Positions 9,001 to 18,017 are shown, counted from the first letter of the stretch. The stretch is 64,000 nucleotides of DNA from Gammaproteobacteria bacterium (GCA_026708965.1 JAPOTY010000020.1:4017-68016); one strand, 5' to 3'. Notes: generated by a model from the sequence alone, not told the origin. Translations and numbers: made by a program.

Positions 9001-10113
9001 ATGAATAGGCGTTGCAGAACATGGAGCCTGGCCCTGCTCGCCGCCGTGCCGCTGGCGGTTGGCGCCTCAGATCGGCTTGAACTTGCGGATTTCGTGCCGC
9101 CGCATGACGGCTGCTATGATCGCAGCGCTTGGCCGCAAACCGCCGTGGTGGATACGCATGTCCATTTTCGGCCCTTCGGCGGGCCGGCGCATGCGTTCGA
9201 CGACGTGGTCGCATTCATGGAGCGCACCGGGGTGCGGTTCGCGAATGTTTATGGCATCGGCCAGATGCTGCCGTTGGGCTCGCCCTGCACCTACTATCTG
9301 GATTGCCCGGGGGTGCCGGTCAGGCCCACGCTCAAGAACGATTTTTCCAATGTTCTGAACCTGCTGGACAGCCCGCCTGATAACGTCCACCTTACGCTGT
9401 CGATGACTTTCTTCGATCTGGAACGGCCCGATAAGGTGCTGGAAGGCATCGCCCTCCTTGATGAGGAATTTCCGGGCCTGTTCCGCTGGGCGGGAGAGGT
9501 TAATCTGGTTAAGCAGGCGCTGTTCGGAAACAGCCACCGGGCGGTTCCCTTGGAAGCCATAGCGCGCTGGAAGCCCTTCATGTCGCTGCTGCGCGAGCGC
9601 GGCATCCCGTTCGCCGTCCATTCGGACTTGGGCAGCGACACGGAGCCCATGAAATACGCGGCCTGGATCGAAGAGGTCTTAAGGCTTTATCCGAACAATC
9701 CGATTGTGTGGATGCATATGGGCCTTTCACGCGAACTGACCCGCATTGATCCGCAAGCGCACTTAAGTTTCATGCGCTCTCTGATGGACCGCTATCCGCT
9801 GCTGATGGTGGATATATCCTGGCGCATCATCGACGACGCGCTATTCTCGAAGCCCGAGCTGCGCGGCGCCTACTTGGGCTTCATTGAACAATATTCCGAG
9901 CGTGTTCTGCCGGGCTCGGACTTCGTGGCCTCGGCCGACAAGAGCTTCGAGACCTACCGCGAGGAGTTGCGCGTGACCAGCTCCATTCTGGGCCATCTGA
10001 GCAACGAGGCTTTCCGCAATATCGCGCTGGGCGAGAATTACTTTCGCCTGTTGAGCTTGGATTTCTCCGCGCCGCCGATCTGCTCCTCGGCGCCCGCGCA
10101 ACCGGCAGGCTAA
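9001..10113 (+). CDS. secreted metal-dependent amidohydrolase-family protein
   Basis: ATG at 9001 lies in the frame of ORF 8827..10113 and gives a signal peptide (MNRRCRTWSLALLAAVPLAVGA). VDTHVHF is the usual amidohydrolase N-terminal metal motif, and a later H/D-rich TIM-barrel-like pattern (FAVHSDLG) is present. Confidence 0.6.
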   Translation: MNRRCRTWSLALLAAVPLAVGASDRLELADFVPPHDGCYDRSAWPQTAVVDTHVHFRPFGGPAHAFDDVVAFMERTGVRFANVYGIGQMLPLGSPCTYYLDCPGVPVRPTLKNDFSNVLNLLDSPPDNVHLTLSMTFFDLERPDKVLEGIALLDEEFPGLFRWAGEVNLVKQALFGNSHRAVPLEAIARWKPFMSLLRERGIPFAVHSDLGSDTEPMKYAAWIEEVLRLYPNNPIVWMHMGLSRELTRIDPQAHLSFMRSLMDRYPLLMVDISWRIIDDALFSKPELRGAYLGFIEQYSERVLPGSDFVASADKSFETYREELRVTSSILGHLSNEAFRNIALGENYFRLLSLDFSAPPICSSAPAQPAG

Positions 10114-10119
10114 TTCCGA

Positions 10120-11229
10120 GTGGTTGACCATTTGCGCTCCCGGGCCTGGTGGCTGGGCGTAGCGCTGGCGGGGGCGGTGGCCGTTCTAGCGAGCTACTCC
10201 GCCGAGTGGGTTGGGGAATCGCTGCTGGGATTCGAGAGAAGCCCGGTGAGCGCCATCATGCTGGCCATCATCATCGGCATGGTGCTTTGCAATGTGGTGG
10301 CGCTGGCGCAGCGCGCCGGAGCGGGCCTGAAGTTCTGCTCCACAACGATATTGCGAATTGGCATCATGCTGCTGGGATTCCGGCTGAGCCTGCTGAGCGC
10401 GGGCAAGTTCACGCTGGTGGCCTTGCCTTTCGTGATCGTGGCGATTGCCGTCGGCCTTGCAGTGATTGGCGGGCTGGGGCGGCGGCTGGGCCTGTCGCGC
10501 AGCCTTGGGGGCCTCATTGCAGTGGGAACCAGCATATGCGGGGCCACGGCGATCGTGGCGACTGCACCGCTGATCCGCGCACGGGAATCGGAGGTGAGCT
10601 ACGCCATCGCCTGCATCACGGTATTCGGGGTCGCGGCGATGTTTCTGTATCCGATTCTGGCGCATGGATTCTTCGCCGATTCGCCCGAGCTGGCGGGCCT
10701 GTTCCTCGGCACCTCCATCCACGAAACGGCCCAGGTGGCCGGCGCCGGAATGATGTACCAGGCGCAGTACGGCGCGCCGGTGGCGCTGGATATCGCCACG
10801 GTCACCAAGCTGGTGCGCAACCTCTGCATGATCGCCGTGATTCCGCTGGCGGGCATTCTTTTCGGCGCGGCCCGCGAGCCGGGCGAAACGCGCGGCTTAA
10901 GAGCGTATCTGGCAATGGTTCCCTGGTTCGTGGCGGGGTTCGCCCTGTGCTCGGCGCTGCGGACGCTGGGCGATGCCGGGGAGCGTGCCTTCGGCATTCT
11001 TGAGCCGCAGGACTGGCAATGGGCGGTGGGCTTTCTTCGCCATGCCGCCGAGACTCTGCTGCTGATCGCCATGGCCGCAGTGGGCCTGAATTCAAGCTTT
11101 GCCGGCATTCGCCGCATCGGCTTTCGACCGTTTCTGCTGGGCCTGCTCGCAGCCGCGGTGGTGGGCGGCGTGAGTTTCGTGATGATTTCGCTGGCCGCTT
11201 CGCCGCTGCTGGAATTGCTGGGCTATTGA
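10120..11229 (+). CDS. yeiH: YeiH/UPF0324 family putative sulfate exporter (polytopic membrane protein)
   Basis: 369-aa highly hydrophobic ORF. The blocks GTSICGATAIVA and FLGTSIHETAQVAGAG match my memory of the UPF0324 family. Confidence 0.75.
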   Translation: MVDHLRSRAWWLGVALAGAVAVLASYSAEWVGESLLGFERSPVSAIMLAIIIGMVLCNVVALAQRAGAGLKFCSTTILRIGIMLLGFRLSLLSAGKFTLVALPFVIVAIAVGLAVIGGLGRRLGLSRSLGGLIAVGTSICGATAIVATAPLIRARESEVSYAIACITVFGVAAMFLYPILAHGFFADSPELAGLFLGTSIHETAQVAGAGMMYQAQYGAPVALDIATVTKLVRNLCMIAVIPLAGILFGAAREPGETRGLRAYLAMVPWFVAGFALCSALRTLGDAGERAFGILEPQDWQWAVGFLRHAAETLLLIAMAAVGLNSSFAGIRRIGFRPFLLGLLAAAVVGGVSFVMISLAASPLLELLGY

Positions 11230-11290
11230 CGCGCCGGGACGCGTCGGGACGCCCCGGCGCAACCAAGGCTTTCTTGAGCCGTGCTTGCGC

Positions 11291-11326
11291 CATGCCGGGC
11301 CGACAACATCGCATCGGCCCGGCATG
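11291..11326. terminator. perfect 13-bp stem / 10-nt loop hairpin between convergent yeiH and the DUF465 gene
   Basis: catgccgggccga - caacatcgca - tcggcccggcatg, read directly. There is no clear U-tract, so a terminator function is inferred only from its position between convergent genes. Confidence 0.4.
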
Positions 11327-11431
11327 ATGCGCGCCACAGGATGCCGGAGGCAATCGCCAGCATGTGCCAGCGACAGCCGCCGGGGGCTATCCGCCGAGGC
11401 CCGGATACGGGAACCAGGCCCGTGGTGAAAG

Positions 11432-11647
11432 TCAGGCGTTCAGGTCGGGTATCCGCTCGCTTTCCAGCTTCGCAATCATGTCTTTCAGGCGCAGCTTGCG
11501 CTTCTTCATGCGGCTCAGCATGAATTGATCAGCTTGCGCGCTGCGCGACATTTCGGCGATGGCGAGGTCCAGATCCCTGTGCTCGTCGCGGAGTTGCTTG
11601 ACTTTCTCCCGGTTGGCAAAAACTTGCGTTTCGATATTTGAATTCAT
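11432..11647 (-). CDS. DUF465 (YdcH-like) small coiled-coil protein
   Basis: 71-aa ORF. REKVKQLRDEHRDLDLAI...LSRMKKRKLRLKDMIAKLE is the typical DUF465 pattern. Confidence 0.7.
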   Translation of the reverse strand: MNSNIETQVFANREKVKQLRDEHRDLDLAIAEMSRSAQADQFMLSRMKKRKLRLKDMIAKLESERIPDLNA

Positions 11648-11883
11648 TCTGCCCTTGGGTCACATCAACGCAGGCCCTTCGGAAACCATCATGCATCCTC
11701 TGCCTGCGCACCCCGCATTGTAGCGCGCCCTCCCGCACTTGCAACGGTCATTACCTGCCCCTTTCAGGCTTATGTCTCATTGGGATTTGATTTTGATGCG
11801 GACCGATCGCAAAGCGTCGCTTTGCACTATACGCCCACAAGCGATAGCATCGTGCGATGAAAATCAGGAATGTGGTCCACCGC

Positions 11884-12153
11884 ATGAAGAATCCTCCCCA
11901 CCCCGGCGGATTCGTCAAGCATGAAGTGATTGAAGCTCTCAATCTCACGGTGACAGAGGCAGCCGCCGCGCTTGGGGTCACGCGGTCGACGCTATCGGCT
12001 GTTTTGAACGAGCGCGCACGTCTGTCGACGGAGATGGCGATGCGGATCGAGAAGGCGTTCGGCGTGCCGATGGAAACTCTGATGCGGATGCAGAACAGCT
12101 ACGATATTGCCAAGACCGGTTCTCACGGCGGCGGCTGCGGTTCTGGATTCTGA
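11884..12153 (+). CDS. higA: HigA-family antitoxin-like XRE HTH protein
   Basis: The start is placed at MKNPPHPGGF (ATG 11884) within ORF 11857..12153. NPPHPG, LTVTEAAAALGV(T)RSTLS.VLN.RA.LS.EMA.R..KAFG is the HigA/VapI signature. No HigB-like ORF lies upstream. Confidence 0.8.
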   Translation: MKNPPHPGGFVKHEVIEALNLTVTEAAAALGVTRSTLSAVLNERARLSTEMAMRIEKAFGVPMETLMRMQNSYDIAKTGSHGGGCGSGF

Positions 12154-12184
12154 AGATTCTGCCTGACACCAATAGGAGAAATTC

Positions 12185-12982
12185 ATGCGGGACAAAAACT
12201 ACTCTGAGGAAGTGCAACAAGCATTTGAGAAAGATGCCGCGAATGGAAAACGAATTGGGCAGGTGTGGAAGTTGTCCAAAGAGGAGAAGAGTCCAGTCGA
12301 GATTGCACAAGAACTGGGTGTGGATACCCATCATTTTGTTTACAACTGCAGGAGATGCATAAAGGCAATTGAGGATGGTGTTTTGCCGGAGAGCACGACA
12401 TCGGCCAAGGACTGCGCCTCGGCTCTCCGTGGTTTTGCTAAACGTCATTATTCCGAAATCCTGTCATCGGCAAATCATTCTCAGATCCGCGCTTACGCAG
12501 AACAGTGTGAGCGAATCAGCTCCGATCAAAACAAACGGGAAGAAGAGGACGAGTATGCCGAGCAGCAAACCCAAACCGCTCTCGATTCGCACAAGGGCCC
12601 GGGAATTTATGTGTACACGCTGCCGCACTATTTTCGCTCTCCCGTCGCTCCCTCTGAGGACGAAGCGGCTGCCCCCCGTACCTATATGAAGGTGGGAATG
12701 TCCAAGAGCGATGTTCGCGAGCGGATTGATGCTCAGAACACTACCGCGCTTCCGGAACCGATAATGGTGTTGCGAATATGGGAGCCGCCGGAAGGCGTGT
12801 CTGTTAAGGATATTGAAAACAGGATGCATAACCACTTGGCTGCCGCTGATCACCTTCGCAACAGGCAGAAGGGAGCGGGAAAGGAGTGGTTCCTGACCCA
12901 TCTGAAGTTTCTCGATGCAACTGCCCGCCTTCTTAACCTGAAAATCAAATACGAGCATAGGGATAAGGATGAGACGGACTGA
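12185..12982 (+). CDS. T5orf172/MUG113 (GIY-YIG-superfamily-like) domain protein with an N-terminal HTH-like region
   Basis: 265-aa ORF, AT-richer than its neighbours, 31 nt after higA. The C-terminal half (GIYVYTL...YMKVGMSKSDVRERIDAQNT..LPEP...IENRMHNHL...GKEWF) fits the T5orf172 pattern as I remember it. The N-terminal SPVEIAQELGVDTHHF looks HTH-like. Confidence 0.65.
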   Translation: MRDKNYSEEVQQAFEKDAANGKRIGQVWKLSKEEKSPVEIAQELGVDTHHFVYNCRRCIKAIEDGVLPESTTSAKDCASALRGFAKRHYSEILSSANHSQIRAYAEQCERISSDQNKREEEDEYAEQQTQTALDSHKGPGIYVYTLPHYFRSPVAPSEDEAAAPRTYMKVGMSKSDVRERIDAQNTTALPEPIMVLRIWEPPEGVSVKDIENRMHNHLAAADHLRNRQKGAGKEWFLTHLKFLDATARLLNLKIKYEHRDKDETD

Positions 12983-13163
12983 GTCCGCCCCGGGCTATAC
13001 CGGACTATTTGATCGAGAGGTCAGGCTGTGCCGCTTCATCCAGTCGGCGAGGCGCATGGGCCACGTTCCCTGACAGTCGGCTATTGAAGTGCCTAGCGTT
13101 TTGGGACGCGGGCGCAACGAGGTGCATTAAACTCGCCTGCCTGTGAGGAATAAAGTTGGGGGG

Positions 13164-14183
13164 ATGCTAAAACTGAGGCGCGATTGGCGCGGGATTGGCT
13201 GCGCGGCGGTGCTGGCGTGTTTGTCGGCAACTGCGGCTGCGGATACGCTTTCGGAGGTGCTTGAGCGGGGGGTGCTGCGCTGCGCCGTGATCGAGGCGAG
13301 CCCCGGGTTCAGCGCCATCGATGCGGACGGGCGCCGGTACGGTTTCGATATCGATAACTGCCGGACGGTGGCGGCGGCGGTGCTCGGCGATGCCGACGCG
13401 ATCGAATATGTGCCGATCAACCCCAATACCGCGTTCACCACGTTGCAGTCCGGCGGCGTGGATGTGTTCCCCGGGGGTGCCACTTGGACGTTCCTGCGCG
13501 ATACCTCGCTGGGTTTGGATTACACCGGCGCCTACCTCTACGCGGGGCAGGGTTTCGTGGTGCGCCGCGCATCCGGCGTTGAGCGCATTGCGGACCTTGA
13601 AGGGGCTACCGTTTGCGTTGCCCAGGGAACCACCAACGAGCAGAATCTGGCGGATTATTTCCGCGCCCGCCGAATGAAGTACTCCATCGTGACCTTCGCC
13701 GATGTGGAGCGCGGCCTCAACGCCTACCTCTCGGATCGTTGCGATGCCTTTACCACCGAGGTGTTTTCGCTGGCGGGGCGGATCGTGGCGCTGAGGAATC
13801 CCGAAGAGCATCTGATCCTGGCCGAGGTTATTTCCAAAGAACCGTTCTCCGGCCTGGTCCGCCAAGGCGATCCGCGCTGGCGCGATATCGTGTTCTGGGC
13901 CTTCAACTCGCGGGTGGCCGCCGAGGAGTTCGGGCTGACCATGGCCAACGTGGCTGATATCCGGGCGACCAGCGAAGATGCCGAAATCCGGCGCTTTCTG
14001 GGCGTTGAGGGCGGTTTCGGCGGGAAACTGGGCTTGAGCGACGACTGGGCCTATCAGATCGTGGCGCAGGTGGGCAATTACGGCGAGGTGTTTGCCCGGC
14101 ATTTCGAGCCCTTGGGGCTTGAACGCGGCCTCAACGCGCTATGGAGCGAAGGCGGCCTGATGATCGCCATGCCGTACCGCTAG
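13164..14183 (+). CDS. aapJ: amino-acid ABC transporter substrate-binding protein (AapJ/BztA-like)
   Basis: ATG 13164 in ORF 13143..14183 gives a signal peptide (CAAVLACLSATAAADT). A family-3 solute-binding pattern is present, and two long amino-acid permease genes follow. Confidence 0.75.
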   Translation: MLKLRRDWRGIGCAAVLACLSATAAADTLSEVLERGVLRCAVIEASPGFSAIDADGRRYGFDIDNCRTVAAAVLGDADAIEYVPINPNTAFTTLQSGGVDVFPGGATWTFLRDTSLGLDYTGAYLYAGQGFVVRRASGVERIADLEGATVCVAQGTTNEQNLADYFRARRMKYSIVTFADVERGLNAYLSDRCDAFTTEVFSLAGRIVALRNPEEHLILAEVISKEPFSGLVRQGDPRWRDIVFWAFNSRVAAEEFGLTMANVADIRATSEDAEIRRFLGVEGGFGGKLGLSDDWAYQIVAQVGNYGEVFARHFEPLGLERGLNALWSEGGLMIAMPYR

Positions 14184-14232
14184 CATGCCTGTTTTGACGG
14201 TTCGCCCTGCGTTTGCTGCCGCCGCCGCTGTA

Positions 14233-14328
14233 GCCTTTTCCCGTCCCCGTCGTCCGGGAGTGTTGGAGCCAGGATGGCGGAACCAAGCCAAGGATGGCGC
14301 CTCCCGGACGACGGGGACGGAAAAAGGC
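14233..14328. repeat. 96-bp palindromic intergenic element (28-bp arms, 1 mismatch, 40-nt spacer)
   Basis: gccttttcccgtccccgtcgtccgggag (14233-14260) pairs with ctcccggacgacggggacggaaaaaggc (14301-14328). It lies between the aapJ stop and the aapQ start. Confidence 0.9.
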
Positions 14329-14352
14329 GGGATCAACGTGCCAAGCTGATCT

Positions 14353-15348
14353 ATGTACGCCAGCAAACGCTCCCGTTTGTTTGTGCGCAGAAACTCCGCT
14401 TTCTGGATGCAATGCCTGCTGGGTCTGGCGCTGGCCGCGCTGGTGTTCCTGGTGTTCCGCACCACCCAAGCGAACCTTGAGCTTCTGGGCGTGCAGTCCG
14501 GCTTTGATTTTTTGTCGAAGAAAGCGGGTTTTTCCATTTCCCAGCACCTGATCCCGTACAGCGAGGATTCGTCCATCCTCGCGGCGCTGGGCGTGGCCAT
14601 CCTCAATACGCTGCTGCTGGCGGTTTTTTGCATCGCGCTGGCCAGCGCGCTGGGGCTGCTGGTGGGCGTGGGGCGCCTGTCGTCCAACTGGCTGGTATCG
14701 CGGCTGTCGCTGGCCTATCTGGAGCTGTTCCGCAATATTCCGGTGCTGCTGCAAATTTTTTTCTGGTACTACGTGGCCTTAAGGGCGCTGCCCTCCTTCC
14801 AGGACAGCCTCTTCATCACCGACTATCTGGTGCTGAATAACCGCGGTTTGTATTTTCCGTTTATCGAATTTGGCGGCGGTCTGTCCGTCAATCCTCCGGT
14901 AATGGGACGCTTTTCCTATGAGGGCGGCTTCTACCTGATGCCGGAATTCCTCGCCCTGTGGGTGGGCCTTTCGCTCTACAACGCGAGCTATATTTCCGAA
15001 ATCGTGCGTTCGGGCTTTGAGTCGGTGCCGCGCGGGCAGTGGGAAGCAGGCGCGGCCCTGGGCCTGAAACCGCGCGCCGTGTTGCGCCGCGTTGCCTTTC
15101 CGCAGGCGTTGCGGGCCATCCTGCCGCCGCTCACCACGGTGTACATGAATATGTTCAAGGCCACGTCGCTGGCCGCCGCGATCGCTTATCCCGAAATCGT
15201 GTCGGTATTTGTGGGCACGGTTAATAACCTGGTGGGCCGGCCCGTCGAAGTGATGGCTGTGACCCTGGCGTTTTACGCGGGAGTGAGCTTCCTAGTGGCC
15301 TGGCTGATGGGGCGCTGGAACGAACGGGTGCTGCGCCGTGGCGGCTAG
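14353..15348 (+). CDS. aapQ: amino-acid ABC transporter permease (AapQ/BztB-like)
   Basis: 331-aa polytopic ORF with a His/Glu/Gln/Arg-type permease core (SYISEIVRSGFESVPRGQWEAGAALGL). Confidence 0.8.
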   Translation: MYASKRSRLFVRRNSAFWMQCLLGLALAALVFLVFRTTQANLELLGVQSGFDFLSKKAGFSISQHLIPYSEDSSILAALGVAILNTLLLAVFCIALASALGLLVGVGRLSSNWLVSRLSLAYLELFRNIPVLLQIFFWYYVALRALPSFQDSLFITDYLVLNNRGLYFPFIEFGGGLSVNPPVMGRFSYEGGFYLMPEFLALWVGLSLYNASYISEIVRSGFESVPRGQWEAGAALGLKPRAVLRRVAFPQALRAILPPLTTVYMNMFKATSLAAAIAYPEIVSVFVGTVNNLVGRPVEVMAVTLAFYAGVSFLVAWLMGRWNERVLRRGG

Positions 15349-16450
15349 TTTGCGCCGCTCCGCCCCAAGTCATCGCGGCGCCGGGCGCGTGCTGCCTTGG
15401 CTTCAGCGCAACCTGTTTTCCTCTTGGCTGAATGGCGTTGTGAGCGTGGCGCTGCTGGGGCTGCTGCTGTGGCTGGCGGTCAAGCTCGCTCAGTGGCTAG
15501 TTCTGGACGCGCAATGGTCGGGCAGCGGTCCCGGGGCCTGCGCTAACACGCAGGCTTTGTGCTGGCCGTTTGTGCGTGCGCGCTGGCCGCAGTTTCTCTA
15601 CGGACTGTATCCTTCGGCAGAGGTCTGGAGGGTGAATCTGGGCTTGGGCCTTGGCGCGGTGCTGGGCGCGGCGCTGGCCGTCCGCCGCATGCCGGGCCGC
15701 CGTTGGATTGCCGCTTTTCTGCTGCTGGCCTATCCGCCGCTGGCCGGATGGCTGTTCCGCGGCGGCGTGGCGGGTCTGGCGCCGGTCGATACATCGCTTT
15801 GGGGCGGATTCTTTCTCACGCTGGTCGTGACCGGCTCAGTGTTCTGGGTATCGCTGGCGGCAGGCGTGCTGCTGGCTCTGGGAAGGCAGAGCCGCCTGCC
15901 GCTGCTTCGTCAGGCCTGCACGGTGTGGATCGAATTCTGGCGTGCGGTGCCGGTGCTGGTGCTGCTGTTCGTGGTCATCATCATGCTGCCGCTGTTTCTG
16001 CCTTCGAATATCAAAATCGACCCGCTCGGCCGGGCGATGATCGCGTTTGCCATTCTCATGTCCACCTATTTGGCCGAAGCCGTGCGCGGCGGATTGCAGA
16101 GCCTGCCCGCCGGCCAGTACGAAGCGGCGCGCGCGCTGGGCCTGAGCTGGGCGCAGTCACGGCTTCAGGTGGTGCTGCCCCAGGCGCTGGTGGTGGCATT
16201 GCCGCAAATCACCAGCAATTTCATTGGCCTGTTCAAGGAGACCACGGTTCTGCTGGTGATCGGCCTGTTCGATCTTCTCGGCGAAGTGCAGCGAGCCGCG
16301 AGCGATCCGCAATGGCTGGGAGCAGGAACCACGGTCGCCGGCTACCTGTTCGTGGCCGTTTTCTTCTGGCTCGCTTGCTTCAGCTTGTCCCGGGCAAGCG
16401 CCCGCTTGGAGCGCCGCATGACGCGCTACCGCCCCGCGCGTGTCAATTAG
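15338..16450 (+). CDS. aapM: amino-acid ABC transporter permease (AapM/BztC-like)
   Basis: 370-aa polytopic ORF. Its GTG start overlaps the aapQ stop. Core block: TYLAEAVRGGLQSLPAGQYEAARALGL. Confidence 0.8.
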   Translation: MAASLRRSAPSHRGAGRVLPWLQRNLFSSWLNGVVSVALLGLLLWLAVKLAQWLVLDAQWSGSGPGACANTQALCWPFVRARWPQFLYGLYPSAEVWRVNLGLGLGAVLGAALAVRRMPGRRWIAAFLLLAYPPLAGWLFRGGVAGLAPVDTSLWGGFFLTLVVTGSVFWVSLAAGVLLALGRQSRLPLLRQACTVWIEFWRAVPVLVLLFVVIIMLPLFLPSNIKIDPLGRAMIAFAILMSTYLAEAVRGGLQSLPAGQYEAARALGLSWAQSRLQVVLPQALVVALPQITSNFIGLFKETTVLLVIGLFDLLGEVQRAASDPQWLGAGTTVAGYLFVAVFFWLACFSLSRASARLERRMTRYRPARVN

Positions 16451-17088
16451 TTCCTGCATCCATTGTGATCGCGAACGGCTTGGTTCTCCGTTTCGTTGCT
16501 GAACAGCCCCAGAACCCGGGGGGAATTGTTGCCACGACCGCACAGGCAGTTGCGAACGTCCTGCGGGGTGCGGGGGGTGATGGCGAAACATCCTGAAGTG
16601 ATAAACGTTCCAGCGGAATCTGTGGAACCGGGAGCAACGTTCATGGTGTAGGTTCCGCCCGTCATGAAGCAGCGTCTCCCGAGTATCTGGGCGTCTCTCC
16701 CCGCCGGAGACGCTTCAAGCGTGACATAATACAGCGTGTTTGGGGATAGGCTGCTTCTTGTTACGTTCCCACCGTCATACGTTGGCGATGAACTGCTAAT
16801 GGTTCCTGCAAGGCCATTAGTGGGGTCATCGACTGCTGTTCCATTGGTGTTCCAAACCCTGACGAGGATAAGAGCGTTTGTAGGCGCTTGCCCATCGCCC
16901 AGCGGCGCCAGCACCTGACTCCACGTCACGGCCCGGGCCGTGACGGTCACGCTGTTTTGGGTCATGGCCGTGATGGGGAAATTAGTGGCATCAATTTCAG
17001 CGACACCCACGCAGGTTGTCCGACCCTCGCGCCCGCTGGACGTTACCGTAGTCTGCGCCCATCCCGGCGCGGCGGCCACCATTGCCAC
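16447..17088 (-). CDS. Cys-containing secreted-type protein of unknown function, N-terminus out of frame with its signal-peptide start codon
   Basis: 213-aa ORF with high GC3. The in-frame upstream sequence has no ATG. An ATG at 17152 encodes MKRITSKY... in the +1 register and joins this ORF if the C9 run at 17121-17129 loses one base. Confidence 0.6.
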   Translation of the reverse strand: MAMVAAAPGWAQTTVTSSGREGRTTCVGVAEIDATNFPITAMTQNSVTVTARAVTWSQVLAPLGDGQAPTNALILVRVWNTNGTAVDDPTNGLAGTISSSSPTYDGGNVTRSSLSPNTLYYVTLEASPAGRDAQILGRRCFMTGGTYTMNVAPGSTDSAGTFITSGCFAITPRTPQDVRNCLCGRGNNSPRVLGLFSNETENQAVRDHNGCRN

Positions 17089-17120
17089 CAGCGCGGCGGC
17101 CAGCGTTGCTAATTTAGCAA

Positions 17121-17129
17121 GGGGGGGGG
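17121..17129 (-). repeat. C9 (G9 on the plus strand) homopolymer inside the 5' end of the secreted-protein gene
   Basis: Read directly: aatttagcaa ggggggggg tatttac. Confidence 0.95.
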
Positions 17130-17270
17130 TATTTACTGGTTATTCGTTTCATGTGTTTCCACTTTCGGTTAGCCCGAAGGTCTGCCGCGACTTGTCCGAA
17201 CGCATTGGCAGCATCGGAATCAAACGACAGCGTCGATATCATTGTAACAGGGATGATGCCCAGCGCGGGG

Positions 17271-18017
17271 CTAACGGCGGAGTTGGCCCAGGAACGTTTG
17301 CAGGCGCTCGGATTCGGGGTTGTCGAAGAACGCATCCGGGGGCGCGTCTTCCAGGATTCTTCCCGCATCCATGAAAATGACGCGATCAGCCGCTTGGCGC
17401 GCAAAGGCCATCTCGTGGCTGACGCACAGCATGGTCATGCCGCCGCCGGCCAGTTCGAGCATGACCTCAAGCACCTCGTTGACCATTTCCGGATCCAGCG
17501 CGGAAGTGGGCTCGTCGAACAGCATGATTTCCGGCTCCATGCATAAGGCCCGCGCTATGGCCACTCGCTGCTGCTGCCCGCCCGAAAGCTGCCCGGGAAA
17601 TTTGCCCGCTTGGTCGGCCAGCCCCATGCGCTGCAACAGTTCCACGGCGCGGGCTTCGGCTTGTTCGCGCTTCAGCTTCTGAACCTTGACCGGCGCAAGG
17701 CAGAGGTTATCCATCACCGAAAGGTGGGGAAACAGGTTGAACTGCTGAAACACCATGCCCACCTTGAGGCGCACCCGGCTGGCGGCCGCCGTTGAATCCA
17801 GCGCAATGCCCGCCACTTCCAGCGAACCTTCCTGGTACTCCTCAAGCCCGTTCATGCAACGGATCAGCGTCGATTTGCCGGAGCCCGACGGTCCGCATAT
17901 CACGATTTTCTCGCCTGCTCCAACCTCAAGATCGATCCCGCGGAGCGCTTGGAAATCGCCGTACCACTTTCCAAGCCCCTTTGCGCGCACGGCAGCTGCG
18001 GCGGCCCGCGCATTCAT
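17271..18017 (-). CDS. polar amino-acid ABC transporter ATP-binding protein (GlnQ/AapP-like)
   Basis: The start is placed at MNARAAAA (ATG 18017), which overlaps the SDR stop as ATGA. Motifs seen: Walker A GPSGSGKST, signature LSGGQQQRVAIARAL and Walker B MLFDEPTSALD. Confidence 0.9.
   Translation of the reverse strand: MNARAAAAAVRAKGLGKWYGDFQALRGIDLEVGAGEKIVICGPSGSGKSTLIRCMNGLEEYQEGSLEVAGIALDSTAAASRVRLKVGMVFQQFNLFPHLSVMDNLCLAPVKVQKLKREQAEARAVELLQRMGLADQAGKFPGQLSGGQQQRVAIARALCMEPEIMLFDEPTSALDPEMVNEVLEVMLELAGGGMTMLCVSHEMAFARQAADRVIFMDAGRILEDAPPDAFFDNPESERLQTFLGQLRR

Noticed and set aside
11648-11883. Search for a degraded higB toxin gene upstream of higA.
   Set aside because: I translated all three plus-strand frames by eye. 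Only a vague FDFDADRSQSVAL stretch resembles a HigB C-terminus, which is too weak to call a pseudogene.
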